Positions 29,271 to 47,798 of a stretch of 64,000 nucleotides of DNA are shown here, one piece after another. The stretch is from assembly GCF_009914755.1 (NCBI RefSeq), contig NC_060925.1. One strand, written 5' to 3'. The notes beneath the pieces are model-generated. The model saw only the letters and a program-made list of their open reading frames with translations. It was not told where the DNA came from and made no database searches. A program made the position numbers and the translations under genes. The stretch's first letter is position 1; the number at the start of each line of letters is the position of its first letter. Origin of the DNA: the human T2T-CHM13v2.0 reference genome, Homo sapiens.

Positions 29271-30902
29271 TTTTAAAAAGAATAATCCACTTGGAGTTTA
29301 TCTTTGTGTATGCTGTGAGATAGAACTAACTTAATTTTTTAAATACTTTCATGTAGATAACTAGTTGTTAACACTGAATACAAATTTGAAAAGTGATATT
29401 CTAGGGAGGGGGGAGAGAATAATTAAAGACAAGGACAGGAAAATGAGGGTTGAATTTAGGGGTTTTGTTTGGCTAGACTGTAGCTCATATGTGGACTGGC
29501 AAGGGGTCAATCTGGAAGGGTAAGTTGGGGCCAAATCATAAAAGGCCTTTAATGTCAAAGTGAGGATTTTGCACTTAACTCTGCAGTTTATAGGAACCAT
29601 TGAGAACTTAAGTGAATGATCCTTTTGGGAAGACTTCCCTACTCCTCCCACTTCCTGCTAGTTGAGTGTGCTTCTTTTGGGCTCCTATAATTCATTCATT
29701 CATGTTTTCTCAATCTCTCTCTCCTCCTCTTTCCTTCTCCTTCTCCCATCCCCTCTCCCTCCCTTTCCCTACTAAATTGACCTCATCTATTTCTGAGACA
29801 ACTTCCCAACCAGAGTGGTGTTGGGGACTTTTATTGTATGTGGCAGTTAGCACAGTGCCTGGCTAATAGTAAGTGTTCAATCGTGGTTACCAAACAGTCC
29901 TCAGGAAATGAATTTTAAGAAGCAGAGTAGTATCAGTGGATGTGGGAGAGGCGAGGCCAGGCCAGGCTTGGAGCTGGAACATCACCCAGGCAGGAAGTAA
30001 TAAAGGCCTCTATCAGAGAAAGGACAGTGATAAAAGAAAGGCAAAAGGGGTATTTGGGAATGACCTTGTGGTGTTGGAAGCTGTATTTTGGCAAGTGGTA
30101 GAATACAGGGGGTGAAGAAGGTGGAAGAGAAGGAATCTGAGGGTTTTTTTTAAGTCTCTTAGGACAGGAGAAGAGTCATGCCTACAATTGAAACAGGAAA
30201 ATTAATCAGTTCAGGATCTCAGAAAGTGAGGACAATTAAAATAACAAAAAGTGTAACATTACCTTATAATTGCTTACCATCCTGTAGTTTTCAAAGTTCA
30301 TCATCTACACCTTTATAGTGATAAATACCATTGAACACTCCAAAATAGGGAATCCTCTCCAAAGTGGGGACTATGAATACATTGGGACTTCCTGGCTCTT
30401 CCCTGACATTTTTGCCCAAGAGCCCACATTTTAAAAGTGATCAACCTACTGACCTTGCTATTTTGTTTCTATAGAGCTCCCTAGACATTTAGCTGAGGGA
30501 ACAATTATGAATGTTTGGAGTTGAGCCCTCAGGCTCCTGCTGGTTTAGGTGGGACTTGATGCTGTACCTATAAGACATCTTGTTACATGAAGTGGGGCTG
30601 ATGGGGGAAGCAGGTAAAAACCCAGGCTTATTACACCTTCCTGCAGGCTGGCTGCTGTCAGCTGTTGATTTAGTTCAACGAAGATCTAAAATCACAGTTT
30701 CTGAGCTTAAAATTGTCCCCATTCTCTGACCTTCAACTTATCTTTCAACATCTGCTGTCCCAGCTAAACTGGAGTTACTTGCAGTTCCTACTATAAAACA
30801 GAAAATGGAACAAGTGGCAATGGGTGTGGGGGGGGGGGTCCTTAAAAGGCACCTGAAGCTGTGTCTGATGTCCCTTAACATTAATCTGTTTACTTGCTAG
30901 AA

Positions 30903-31087
30903 CAGGGGTGGGCACAGTATGGCTTGTGAGCCAAACCCAGCTTTGCCCATTCCTTACATGTTGTCTATAGCTGCTTCCGTGAACCACAGCCAAGTTGAGT
31001 AGTTGCAACCAGAGGCTGTATGACTTGCAAAGTCTGAAATAGTCACTGTCCAGCCCTTTACAGAAAAAAAAAATGTGCTGACTGATG
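30903..31087 (+). mobile_element. MER58A hAT-Charlie MITE
   Basis: caggggtgggca...agttgagtagttgcaac...gccctttacagaaaaa. Confidence 0.75.
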
Positions 31088-32809
31088 CATTAGGATGTTA
31101 ACACCGTGAAAGCAGAGGCTGTGTCTTGTTCTCTGCTTTGTCCCCAGAATATGGAGTAGTGGATGCTTTTTTACCTTCTTCTGCAATGTTTCCTCTCTCC
31201 TCTCCTTTCCCCCTTCCTCTTTTGCTTTTTGGCAACTGTTAGAGGATGAATGTGGCAATCAGTATTGTTCAGGACCAAAGAGGCTGCCTAGCTCTGCTGG
31301 AAAACAAGAATTGCACCAGGGCTAGGCTGTGTGCCTGGAATGCCGTCTGACCAGGTGCTGTGCAGTGTCTTATGGATGAAATGTGCCCCCTGAAACTCAC
31401 CATGACTCAAGACTGTGGGATTTGGCTACAATAATCTGTGGTCTCTTATGAAATGTACTAAAGTATAAAACCAAGAAGGCTTGGGTCTGGGCAAAGCATG
31501 TCTTATGGGATGTGCACATCTGAGCCTGGACATCAGGCAGCTGCTCAGGAAGCTGAGTGTGTGTCATGGTGAGCTGCAGGAAGGGCCCTGAGTAGAGTGC
31601 CTTGGGGGGTCCTCATGCCATTTATGTCTCAATACTTAAAGTTACAAACGAAGCTAACAAACTGCTAAATAACCACCTTCATAATGACCTGGGTTCAAAT
31701 GTCAGCTTCTTGGCATCCTTGGAGTTCCACACTGGCCTGTGGTGGTGCACAGCCCACTGCCCCATGGCTCGCTCCCCTTTTCTTCTTTCCCCTGTTTTCC
31801 CAAGTGGCCTCGTGTGCCATGGATGGACACTAGCCTGCACGATCCGGGACCAGCCTTGACTCAGCTCACACAGGCCCTAGAAGTGAGCTTTAGATCATTT
31901 GGACAGGGAATTGCAGAGGAGTTCTGGGTCCAGTGGGCATGCCCCCTGGGACCTGTGGATGCTTAGCCCTGGGAGAATGCAGCCACTTAAGGAGGACGGC
32001 AGTGGAGCGGGGCTGCAGGGAAGGCTGGATGGCCTGCCAAGCCATTGAATTTTTCTGGAATGTGCTTTTCATTTTCTATGAAAACAGTGCAAACAAAACA
32101 ATCCCACAAAGGCTTAATTTGTGAATACTGAGGTATTTTCCAACTCTACAAGCCTATGGCTTTATGAATCTGAAAATTCCAGTACCTATGCTTTCCCCAA
32201 CTTGATGATCGCCTTGGACAAAATGTGGAGCAATCCTTCCTTGTTGTCATCAGGAGTCATGAACTGTTAAGCTCGGGGCACCTGCTCAGGCATTGAAATG
32301 CTGCATTGAGGAAACCAAGCCCCAGGTGGCCGGAGTCCATGGGCTGAGTCCTTCTGGTGCCTGAAACAGCTACCCCACAAGGGTGAGGCTGCTGTATTTC
32401 TAGAGGAAGAGCTCCTCCCTTGCCCCATAGTCCCCGCAGGCCGGCTGGGGCAGAACTTCCTCCTCACTGGCCACAGTGAAGGTGCCCAGGATGTCACAGA
32501 GACCCTGTGCCCCAAGCCCAGAGCTTTGCCGATGGGTTCTCTGCCCCACTTTTCTCTTCCTGTCTCTTCAGGAGAGCTAGAGTGGGCTTTTCACTCAGCT
32601 TGAAAGAGATTTCTCTTTTTATCCCAGCTATTCCAAAATCTTGAGCTCCCCAAAGAACTGGAAACTTAGAAATTCTGGCAGCACATCATATGCCTGTAGC
32701 TTCTCTTGAGTGGCCATGTTTTCTGAACTGACTCTCTCCATTTCCTCCTCCTTTTCCTCCATTTCCTCAATAATTTCCCTTATTAACAGACTGAGGCATC
32801 TTTCAGTAG

Positions 32810-33231
<422 letters not shown>

Positions 33232-34192
33232 TGTGGCTGTTTTTAAAGCACGGCATCCTCCTGCTCCACTTGCCCTTTGCTGCTTTTTGGAGGCATCATT
33301 TTCTTGGACCCACTTCTTTTCTGTCTATTTTTCTTGCTGAGTTTTCATAGTTTGCTGGGTTTTCAGTTTGGTGGGTATTAGTTGAACATTTTCTGTGTGC
33401 CAGGAGCTGGAAAAAACAGGATGAAAAGACACAGACCTCAGGTGTAGTGGAGACAAAAGGTAAACTGAGATTTTTCCTTAAGGGGGTGTGCAGATTTTAC
33501 CTGCATCGACTCTTCCCAGTTCATGATGCCTTTCCGAAACCCTCACAGCCAAACAGAATGGCTGCTAAACCACCTCCCCTACATAGTCTTTTTTTAGTTT
33601 TCTTTTCCTAAGCAGCCCCGAAGAGTGTAGTCTTCTTTCCTGTGATATTGCAGTTGCTAATTTAAATTATGAAACCAGCCAGGGTGCAGCAGTGTGATGC
33701 AAGCAGTGTGCTGGGCTTTCCCAACCTCTATCCTAGCCCTAGCTAAAATGGTCTTACAGTTTTGGTCCTTGGTAACTTAAAAGAAAAAGTCAACACCAGA
33801 TGAAGCTGCGGGGTTACCAAAGTAGTTTTATAGTCTCTATGGGCAGTTGTTTGCCTAGCATCTAGAAGGTGCAAAGTGGCAAGCCAGGAGGTGTGCAGGA
33901 CTTAAAGTTGTGTAGCCCTTGCCCTCTGTCTGCCTCTAAACAAGCACAGCTGAAACAAAAATTTTAGCACCTTGTGCTCACTTTCTTTCTCATCCTCTTC
34001 TCAGCAACAGTTCCTGGGCCTCAGCATCTCTCCCCTTTTCCTCTTGCCTCACCCCGACTCTGGAGTCTATCCTCAGTATAATGAAAGCATGTTTACGACG
34101 AAGCCCATCTCTAGGTCATGGAGGGGAGACTGCCCTGACAAGGAAACCCACTTGTTCTCCTCATCCACAGTCTCTGGAAATGTTTGGTTTAA

Positions 34193-34554
<362 letters not shown>

Positions 34555-35049
34555 TTCATTCCCTTCTAACACCACTGCAGAAGATGCACATGGTAGCACT
34601 GCAGAAAAGGCACAGCAGCATGAGAATGAGGTCCTGACCTCTTCAAATGGTTACAAAGTCCTGTCGGGTCTCACGTCCAACCAAGGACCAACTCTCGCCT
34701 GTGCATGCCTCTTTGTCTCCTGTCCTAATTACACTTGTGAGGTAAACACTCAAATAAGCTGGGCAAACAGACACGAAACTTAAAGTCAGTAATACCCAGC
34801 TGACAATGGATAATGTTTACAGGCATTACTAGTTGGGTGTTTTCTTCAAACTCTACAAAGACTTGACATGGAACATTAAGACTAGTCCATTCACTTCCAA
34901 CCTAGTGTTGCAGAATCTTGCCAGAACGAGCAGTCCTGAGGCAGTAACACTCACAGAAGTGCATGGGACTGACAAGGAGCTATGCACCCATCTAAAGAAT
35001 GTCTAAAACTATACTAGGTGGTGCACACCAGGGAGACTGTGAATTAGGA

Positions 35050-35452
35050 TAGTTTGTGATGAGTGCATTTGCATTTTATTTTTCCATGAAAATCACACAC
35101 AACGCAGACACACAGACAAACATGCAGAAAAGCAGATCTGCTTGAAATGAGAGCAATATGGAGGCCAAAGCTGCTAGTGGGATGGCCCGGGGTTTCTAGT
35201 TCTGGGGTCTGGAGAAGGATTTTGTATTTGTTTGGTTTCACCATCAGGTGTTCCAGGTGAGCAAGTCAGTTTCGGTTTCCTTCTGAAAGACCTCTTTCTG
35301 AATTCGCTGCATGCTCCTCGTGTGTTTGTTTTCTGCTGCAGTGGGGTCATTTACGCTGGCCAGTCCATTTGGATGACCATATGGGCACAGGCTCCTGCGC
35401 CTCCAGCTGCCCAGAGTTCCTTTCTGGCTGCAGGAACGAGCGGTGTGAAAGA
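35050..35452 (-). other. ABCA4: ABCA4 3'UTR (~400 nt; exact cleavage site approximate)
   Basis: Runs from the stop codon to about 20-25 nt past AATAAA. Confidence 0.88.
35075..35080 (-). terminator. Polyadenylation signal AATAAA of ABCA4
   Basis: TTTATT on the + strand ~375 nt after the stop codon, preceded in the transcript by a UG-rich stretch. Confidence 0.9.
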
Positions 35453-35458
35453 TCAGTC
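35453..35458 (-). CDS. ABCA4: ABCA4 exon 50 coding part (GAC TGA: final Asp and stop)
   Basis: ccttccacag|GACTGA; in frame with exon 49. Confidence 0.95.
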   Translation of the reverse strand, partial: D

Positions 35459-38294
35459 CTGTGGAAGGAGATCACATGGACTCGCGTCATCTTGGTTTTC
35501 TGAGATGCTGTACTACTTTTAGATTTCAAAAGCTAAACAGTTGTCAATCAATTTCTGAAGGGCACTCAGCTGAGGGCACTGTGATTCTGTCAGATCACCC
35601 AGGTTATGGGCCATCTTTCTCTCCTTCTCTATGAAATCTATGAATCAGGTCTCCCTGGTACTAAGATCCAGGCATTTGTTACAAAGACACACATACGAGA
35701 TGTGTGCATACATGCTTACATCCTGGGGGGAAGCTACACCCATGGTGCTGTTTCCAAGGGCTCTTACAGGGTCTTTTGGGGCTTTTTTAGCTTAAGAAAG
35801 TTACCATTATCTTAAAAGCCAAGAAATCCTAATTTAGGTCAGCCCTGAGGTATAGAATTCCCTTGACCACTTCCTGTAGGGGTGGCTCTGGGAAGCATGA
35901 AAGTGTGACTGGGGGAGGGGAGAGATGAGAGCTGGAGTGCAGGATATTAGGCTCCAGATCAAAGCTTGGGCTTTGATTAATAAAGATGTCCATGTTCCTT
36001 GAGAAGCGGACACCAAGGTGACCTTTTTAACTGGAGAGATACTGTCTCCAGTTATAAAGTGTGGGTTGAATTCCTGAACCAATGCCCGCTGTGGAGCTGG
36101 GGTAGTGTGGGCGAGGAGGGGACTGGACAAAGGCCTGACCAGTCTAGACGAAATGTGGTTTATCCCATTATCTGATTTAAAATCACACATCCTCTTAAGA
36201 GGATGACTAACACAGTTCTTAGGGCTGAGAACAGGATTTGAGGTGGTGCGAGGATCCCCATCAAGGCTGAGGGTACTTCAGAAACTTCTGAAACTAACAC
36301 AAAGATACGAGTTATATGGGGGAACTGGAACAGTGTAAGAATAAGGATTAGAAATTGATCTGAGTTGTTCCTAATTTGGGAATGCACATGCGATGGTCAC
36401 ATAATTATTAACCTATTTAGGATGTTTCTAAGTTGTCTGATCATCTGTCACTACTTAATCTATTAACACCTTGACCCTCACTGGTTTTAATAACAGAGTA
36501 TAAGATTGCATAAGACCTTATCCCAAAACATGTTTTCCAGGATGGAGTCCTTTGGAGAGTAAAAATGTTCTTGGTAAGCAAACGCTGATTTCTAGAGAAA
36601 TATCTGTGTGGTCCTGGCTCACAATTTGGAGTTGTAAAGCCAATGGCCAGATGAACCTCCTGAAGTTCTCACATTTGCTTAGGAGCAAGTTGTAAATTCT
36701 CTCTAAAACTTCTTGAGAGAAATTGCCTTTTTCTTGTTTGAAGAATACTTTAAAGGAAATTATTTTGAAGTGGTATAATGTAAACAATAATATACTTACT
36801 ATTATTTCATGACAGACATATACAATGCTATATGAAAGAATTTTTGCAAACCTTTGTAAAGATAGTATGTTGTAAAGTCAGAATTAGGTTTTGGATGAAA
36901 ATTATCAGAAAAATATGCCAATAAGTGTGTTGCAGGTTTTCTAATCTTTGTGAACAAAAATGTAAAAAACACAATAGAAAAATGATCTCATCCAATAAGG
37001 GAGAAAAGTTTGGAATTAACTGCTGTAGATCACAGAACATCAGCACCCCTGATGTTCTGCCTGGCCCAGAGGTGATGTGGTGGGATTAGTCCTTTAAGAG
37101 GGAACATGCCAGGCAGGGGTGGGGAGACCATTGGTAATTCTGGGAAACAATTTTGCTACCCAATTCTATATTCTGAGTTACAGAGTTATAAAAAGGATTT
37201 GCAACTGCAAGTGGTTTTTAAAAATAATTTTCAACTGATGTCAACAGCAATCACCAGATCTATAAATGGGAATCAGTGGCTGGAAGATCTCAGTAAAAGC
37301 AAACTTTCTGTAACTAAAGGAGCCTTAGGCATTTCTGGGCCCTCTGGCAGGTAAGGGGTGGGAAGACAAAGTCAGTTTTGCCAAGTAGCCATTAGGTCTC
37401 TGCTGGTCAAGAGGAAGGGAAAAAATTCATCACAAGCACTGCTTTAGACAGCAGTGTTTCAATCATTAGCTGTATTTGGTTTTTCTTGCAATCCAGAAAC
37501 TGGGCAGAATAAAAACTTTATGGGGAAATAAGGTTTTTGCATATCCTTGCTTCTTGATTTGATTTGATTTACTCTCCAGGTAAGTCAGAAGAGAGTGGCT
37601 AATTCATCCCTCTACAATCCCAGGCTTAAGCCAAGGCATTGGGATGCTGGTGCCTCCTCCAGTACTTGCTCTAGCTCTCTCCTTCTTGGGTGGTGTGCTC
37701 CTTACATGGGGCACTGTGCCAGGGCAGGAACCTACAAGCACCTATTCCAAGAGTTATCACAAGCCAGGAGACATACCTCCTATTGCTTCTTTCTCCATCT
37801 TCTTGTAATTTTTATAAAGAACAAAGAGCCCTCTTCCTACAACAGATGCTATTCCTTGATCTAACCAAATGTGTCTGACACTGAAATGATGTGCCAGTTA
37901 AGTCCCTTCCCTTGAAACTCAAACACATGTCCAGACATAGATGTCAAGCACCCAAAACATTCTAATATTCTCTATTACCTTCTCTGCTCCTTATTCCCCA
38001 AATCCAAGCTTTTTTGCTGTAAGCAAAAACATGGGAAAGTTCTTTTCAAAAATGCTCTCCCATGCTATCCAGATGGTTTCCTGATTACAATAGGAACCCC
38101 TACAACTACTGAATGAAAAGTTCTTCAGCACAGAACACACAGTGGCAGGGACTTAGCAAGGATGTGATGAGGATGTGGTGGGGACTTGGTAGGGACCGTG
38201 GTGTGGGTGGGGCTCTCTGTAGGAGGCATATCTGAGCCTTGGAGCAACTCAAGCCCAGTGAACCAGCTGGGCTCTGAGCCAAGGAACTGCCTCA

Positions 38295-38411
<117 letters not shown>

Positions 38412-38924
38412 CTAGAGGTAAGAGAAGAGCGAGATTAGGTAGATATTTCCAGGAAAACAGCACCCTACACCCACCTACCCACTTTGCTCTCTATTTTCCA
38501 CAGTTCACATACAGCCCTGCTGGTATGGCTTGTGTCCTACCCGGGGGAGGCTGGCCCACTCACAGAAGCCTGGCCACCACTGCCCTGGTCAGAGCTAGCT
38601 TCTTAGACTAGACTCCTGAGTGATGCCACAGGAGTTCCTGCTGGAGGACTCAAGGGACTTGGGCACCAGACATTGGGGTAATCAAGGCAAGGCAGATTCT
38701 CAGCTAGCAGCATCCTAATAACTAAAAAAAAAGGTAATTGATCCCTGTTCAGCTCCTCATTGAGTGTGCAGGTGGCTCCTGCTCGTGCCTCCCTCTGCTT
38801 AATGCTGATGAGAAGGTGCAGGTGAGCCAGATCCTCAGGGGTTAAATGGAGACTTCCCTGTTTCCACTGCTTTACTGAACTGTCTCTAAAGATGTTTATT
38901 TTTAAAAAAACATATATAAAAACA

Positions 38925-39395
38925 CAAAACCCAGAAACAACCCAAATGTCTATCAATGAATGAATAGATGGATGAACAAAATGTAGCACATATACGTACA
39001 AAGGAATATTATTCGGCCTGAAAAAGGAAGGAAATTCTGGCACATGATACAACACGGATGAACCTTGAGGACATTATGCTAAGTCCTCGCATAATAAGCC
39101 AGACACAAAAGGACAAACACTGTATGATTCCACTTATATGAGGTATCTATAGTAGTCAGAGCCTTAGAGACAGAAAGTAGAACAGTAGTTGCCAAGGGCG
39201 AGGGGGGCAGTAAGTGGTGAGTTAGTGTTTAATGGGCACAGATTTTCACTGAAGCAAGATGAAAGAGTTCTATCGGGGATGGTGGTAACGGTTGCACAAC
39301 AATGTAAATGTACTTAGTGCCACTGCACTGTGCACTTAAACATGGTTGGCATGGTCAATTTTATGTTATTATATTTTACCGCAATAAAAAATGTG
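38925..39395 (+). mobile_element. L1MB-type 3' end in intron 48
   Basis: aaacaacccaaatgtctatc...gatgaaccttgaggacattatgctaag...tattttaccgcaataaaaaa. Confidence 0.82.
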
Positions 39396-39466
39396 ATTAC
39401 ATTTTTAAAAACCACACATGGAATGCACGTTTATCAAAACTCACTAAACTGTACATTTAAAATAGG

Positions 39467-39749
39467 TGTTTTTGTTTTGTTTTGCTTTTTTGAGACAGGG
39501 GCTTGCTCTGTCACCCAGACTAGAGTGCAGTGGTATGAACACAGCTCATTGCAGCCTTGACCTCCTGGGCTCCAGCAATCTTCCTTCCTCAACCTCCCAT
39601 GTAGATGGGACCACAGGCATGCACCACCACGCCTGGCTAATTTTCTGATTTTTTTTTTTTTTTTCTGTAGAGACAAAGTCTCACTTTGTTACATGGGCCT
39701 GTCTTAAACTCCTGGGCTCAAGTGATCCTCCTGCCTTGGCCTCCCAAAG
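39467..39749 (-). mobile_element. AluJ (slightly 5'-truncated) in intron 48
   Basis: J-type gcagccttgacctcctgggctc and ctgggctcaagtgatcctcc. Confidence 0.88.
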
Positions 39750-40049
39750 AACCTGTGTTTCATCGTATGTTAATTACACATCAATAAAGCTGATTTGAAG
39801 GAAAAACCACCACCACAAACGAGCAAGAATGAAATAACACACCATAGCATCACAGGGAAGGAAAATGTAAAAAAAAGAATCAATGAAGTTTCCTGATGAC
39901 TAAAAAATATTGTTAGAAAACAATTTCTGATATATCAGCTTTTACCCCAATAAACAGAGGGCAAGAGTTTGTTAAAAATCGGGAATGTTATGCCTCCCTC
40001 TTATGGCAATTCCAACCCACACTGGGTGTTCTGGACCAGTCTTTGCTCA

Positions 40050-40373
<324 letters not shown>

Positions 40374-40424
40374 CTAAGGTAATCCCAAAATAAGGAGTAG
40401 ACTCATCAGAAATTTTGGGGATTA

Positions 40425-40758
<334 letters not shown>

Positions 40759-40910
40759 TTAAAGGCCCATACCATAGACCTGTGTACATACTGAAAACTA
40801 GGAGAGAAAAACCATGGTAGTCCCTGGAGAAATCATTTGATACCAGTTTTTAGAGATCAAATGTCTGCATGGTAATGTGGGATAATCGTACTTGCTGAAG
40901 TCAAAGGTAG

Positions 40911-41561
<651 letters not shown>

Positions 41562-42079
41562 GTCAAAGGTAGTTTTAGCCCAGTGTGGGGATCCCAAGAC
41601 TGCCCATAAAGACACGTGGACCAGTGCATACTGAGTGGTGGTAAGGGCTGATGGGCCAGGTGGGAGCAAAGGCTCGGGAAGGCAGCACTTCCCTGAGGAA
41701 GCTTCCTGAAACAATGGAGCTGCTAGGGCTTGGGCCATTGGTGCTTTCTTTCTCCTTCAGCAGGATGGCTGGTTACCCTCTCTTGGATGAGTGATGGTCC
41801 ACCAGAGAGTGTGTGCACGGCTAGCGGGTGTCAGTACCCTATGCCCTGGTATCCTGTGTCAGTCATAACTGACTCCAAAGCTTCCTCCACAGTCTAGGGC
41901 TGTTCTCCTCTGCAGTAAGATGCAGAGGAGAAAGGCTGTTTACCTTTCAGCTCCAGAAAACTCACCATCCCTCCACACAGGGAACACTCCCCTCTCACCC
42001 CCTCTATCATGGAGATATTAAGGAGCTGGAGGGAAAGGAATAGGAGACTTCCCTTTCTCCAGCAGTTGGACACAGGAAG

Positions 42080-42610
42080 TTGCTGACACAGGTCTGGTGA
42101 CCTGACATGCTGCTATTTCTATAGATATCTATGCAGTGTCCAAGTTGTAGTTGCTCAATAAATCATGGGTCAAACGTCCACTTGCCACAAGCAGCTAATC
42201 TATTAGACCTTTCTCTCAATTATTTATCTGCTCTGACACATATGAAAGGATGACATCTTCTGTGTAACACCCTCCTGTGGGTGCATCAGGATTATGCACC
42301 TCAGCATAGATAAGGTGGGTTATGTGCTGTTCCTCCCACCAACCAGCTTAGTGACTTATATTCTGAGCTCTTAATAAGTGTTTGTTAAATAAATGAGTAA
42401 TTGTAACTCTGCTCTTTTCTAGGTTATAAAGCATATCAGAACGTGAATGAGCACGGCAATATGCTGATAATCTTAAACTGTTAGCTTTGGCATGCAAACT
42501 CTTAATAATAAGGAATTATCTACAATAGTTTACAATGTGTGGGTACAGGATAAGGATAATCCTATTCAAGATTACTGCCATTGTTGGTTTGTCATATAAC
42601 ATATGGTCTT
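42080..42610. promoter_or_regulatory. Candidate photoreceptor enhancer in intron 47 (CRX/OTX2 and NRL motif cluster)
   Basis: Five TAATC[C/T] sites and three TGCTGA half-sites in ~500 bp with no recognisable repeat. Confidence 0.35.
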
Positions 42611-43051
42611 TTTTCAAACTCAAAAGCATACAATATTCTAAAAACAAAGATGGGTCCTCAAGTCAGTTGGTCTCCTAACCATTCCTACATTGGAGTGGAC
42701 TCTTAGTAAATAGGCCACAGGTCCCGGATCTGTTGAGATAAGTGGTGAAATATTGAGGCAGTGGTAGCAGCCCTCCCTCATCCCAGCCAGGCTCTGCATG
42801 CATCCTGATCAGATGCCCCATCCAGAGACTTGGGCGAGTCTTCGACCACAGGAAATTAGGCCAATATAGAGGAGTTTCTTATCAGCATGATGGCCTTCTC
42901 CATCTGCTGCTGGAGAATGAGGCCCAGCCACCACCTGCCTCTGCCCCAGGGGATGACGGAGCAGCAGGACTCTTCCAAGTGTCAATGGAGAACACAGGAT
43001 CCAGGTGGATCCACAGAAGGCAACAAGGGGCACGCCCCACCATCTGCTTAC

Positions 43052-43144
43052 TTGGACTTGAGATGCTGAATGGTGCCCATACATCGAAAGGCGCCCTTTA
43101 CCATGATGGCCAGCCGGGTACACAGTGCCTCACATTCTTCCATG
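43052..43144 (-). CDS. ABCA4: ABCA4 exon 47 (93 nt)
   Basis: acag|CATGGAA...TCCAA|gtaagc; encodes [32 protein letters not shown]. Confidence 0.97.
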
Positions 43145-43217
43145 CTGTGGGGCAGGAGAGAGGAGGTGAGCAGGAGAGGATTCCCACCCATCTTCCCCAG
43201 CCCTGGGAATCTCTTGC

Positions 43218-43321
43218 CTGTGGGATGTGAGGACCACAGCCCTCCCTTCTCTGATGATGCTCACGATGACGTTCCACAGCATGCGGCGTGCCTGGGGGTC
43301 CATCCCTGTGGTGGGCTCATC
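43218..43321 (-). CDS. ABCA4: ABCA4 exon 46 (104 nt), followed by a GC donor
   Basis: ccag|GATGAG...CCACAG|gcaaga; encodes [34 protein letters not shown]. Confidence 0.96.
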
Positions 43322-43725
43322 CTGGGGGGTGGAGAGAAGGTTGGGGGCACAGGCTGGGAGCTGGCCCTTCTGATTACTGCTTCCCCCTGGGCTGGCTCCC
43401 CTGTGGAGGATGAGCTGACAGAAGGCGCACACAGTCACTCCCCTCACTTGAGCAAGACAGGGGTACCCTGGTGTAGGGTAGGGAAGGCAGGAGGTGGATC
43501 CAAGAGTAAAGAAGCGTGGCGTCCATCCTGGGCCCATTTCAGCCCACGAGGGGATTAAAGTGGATTAAGGCAATGACAGAATTCTCCTCAAAAAAAGAAA
43601 ATCCTGCAAATACATTTGTCAGAAGGCAGGGAGGTCACTCAGGTCACTTCCTTGGTTCCCGCTATGTCCTGTGCCCTCATGATCCTTGGGCTGCGTGGGC
43701 ATGGCCTCAGGCCTGGCCTGGCTCA

Positions 43726-44208
<483 letters not shown>

Positions 44209-45114
44209 CTAGGGAAGAGAAAGAAATGCCATTTGGAGAAGACAAGCAAACACCCCAAACCTCCCCCAGTTCAAAGCCTTGGGCTCCCAGATCTCACGCC
44301 TCCAGAATGAAATCCCCAGCTAGGCTGAAACAGGCTCCTGCTGGCTCCTGTCCTCTGGCATGTGCTTCAGGCGCCAGACAGGGGCTCTTTCTCTCTGTGT
44401 CTTGGATCCCAGGGTGGCCCAGCCTGCTCAGCATCTGTTGGGTGTAGCCGCCTGGGAAATGGACTTCAGCCTTACAAAGAGCAAGACAGTGGGTCTCGCC
44501 CAGCGTCCTGGACCATGGCTAGCAGTGGAGGAGGAAGGCTCTGTTTGAGAAGATGGTGAGTCCCAGACCTGTTGATCCCACCCGTCAAGAGGGTTACACC
44601 CAAAGCCTTGTGCATCCGACACATACCTATGGAGCACTGACCATACGCCAGGCACTGAACCAGGCACTGGAGAACAATGTGAACACAGCCATTGCTGCTA
44701 TCCTCAGACTGCGGGGAGGTGGCAGTCAAAATAAACAGAATACTGGCAGATCGTGACAGTGCTGTGAGGGAACGATGACAGAGACACCAGGTGTGTGTGC
44801 ACATGCGCAGGAGGGGATCTAGGGAAGCCACTGGAGACAAGCTCACCATGCTTCTGCCTTCTATACTAGTCCCCCGTGCCTGGAATGTTCCTCCCTAGGT
44901 GTGCACGTGGCTCCTTCTCTCACCTCTAGTTCTTCATTCAGGTTCTCTCCTCTGCAGGCTCTCCCTGGGCCACCCTACCTCAAAATGCAAACCCTGCCCC
45001 AGCAGTTCCTCCCTGCGTTACTTTTCCCTGAGGACTTTTCACTCTCTAATGTACTGGATATTTTACCTATTTATCTACAGATCGTCTATCCCTCCCACTA
45101 GAATGTAATCTCCA

Positions 45115-47445
<2,331 letters not shown>

Positions 47446-47656
47446 GAGTGGGGATTTTTTTTTGTCTGTCTTGTTCACTGCTATACTCCTGGTTTCTAGA
47501 ACAGTACTTGGCACACAGTAGACACATAGTAAACATTTGTTGGAATGAATGAATGAATAGCACGCTTCAGTTTCTCATCTCCAAGAGAATGCACTCTCAT
47601 GAAACAGGCTTGTAATTAACCAGACTCCTATGTGGCCACAACAAAACATTTTTCAC

Positions 47657-47798
47657 CTTTTCGATTTCTTCTGCTGGTACACCTCGAAGCCGGGCATAAA
47701 GGTAAAGATGTTCTCGTCCTGTGAGCAGCTCATCGATTGCATCAAACTGAGGACAGTAGCCCATATTTTGATGGACTTCAGAAATATTGGTTAAAATA
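47657..47798 (-). CDS. ABCA4: ABCA4 exon 44 (142 nt), Q-loop
   Basis: gcag|TATTTT...GAAAAG|gtgaaa; encodes [47 protein letters not shown]. Confidence 0.97.
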
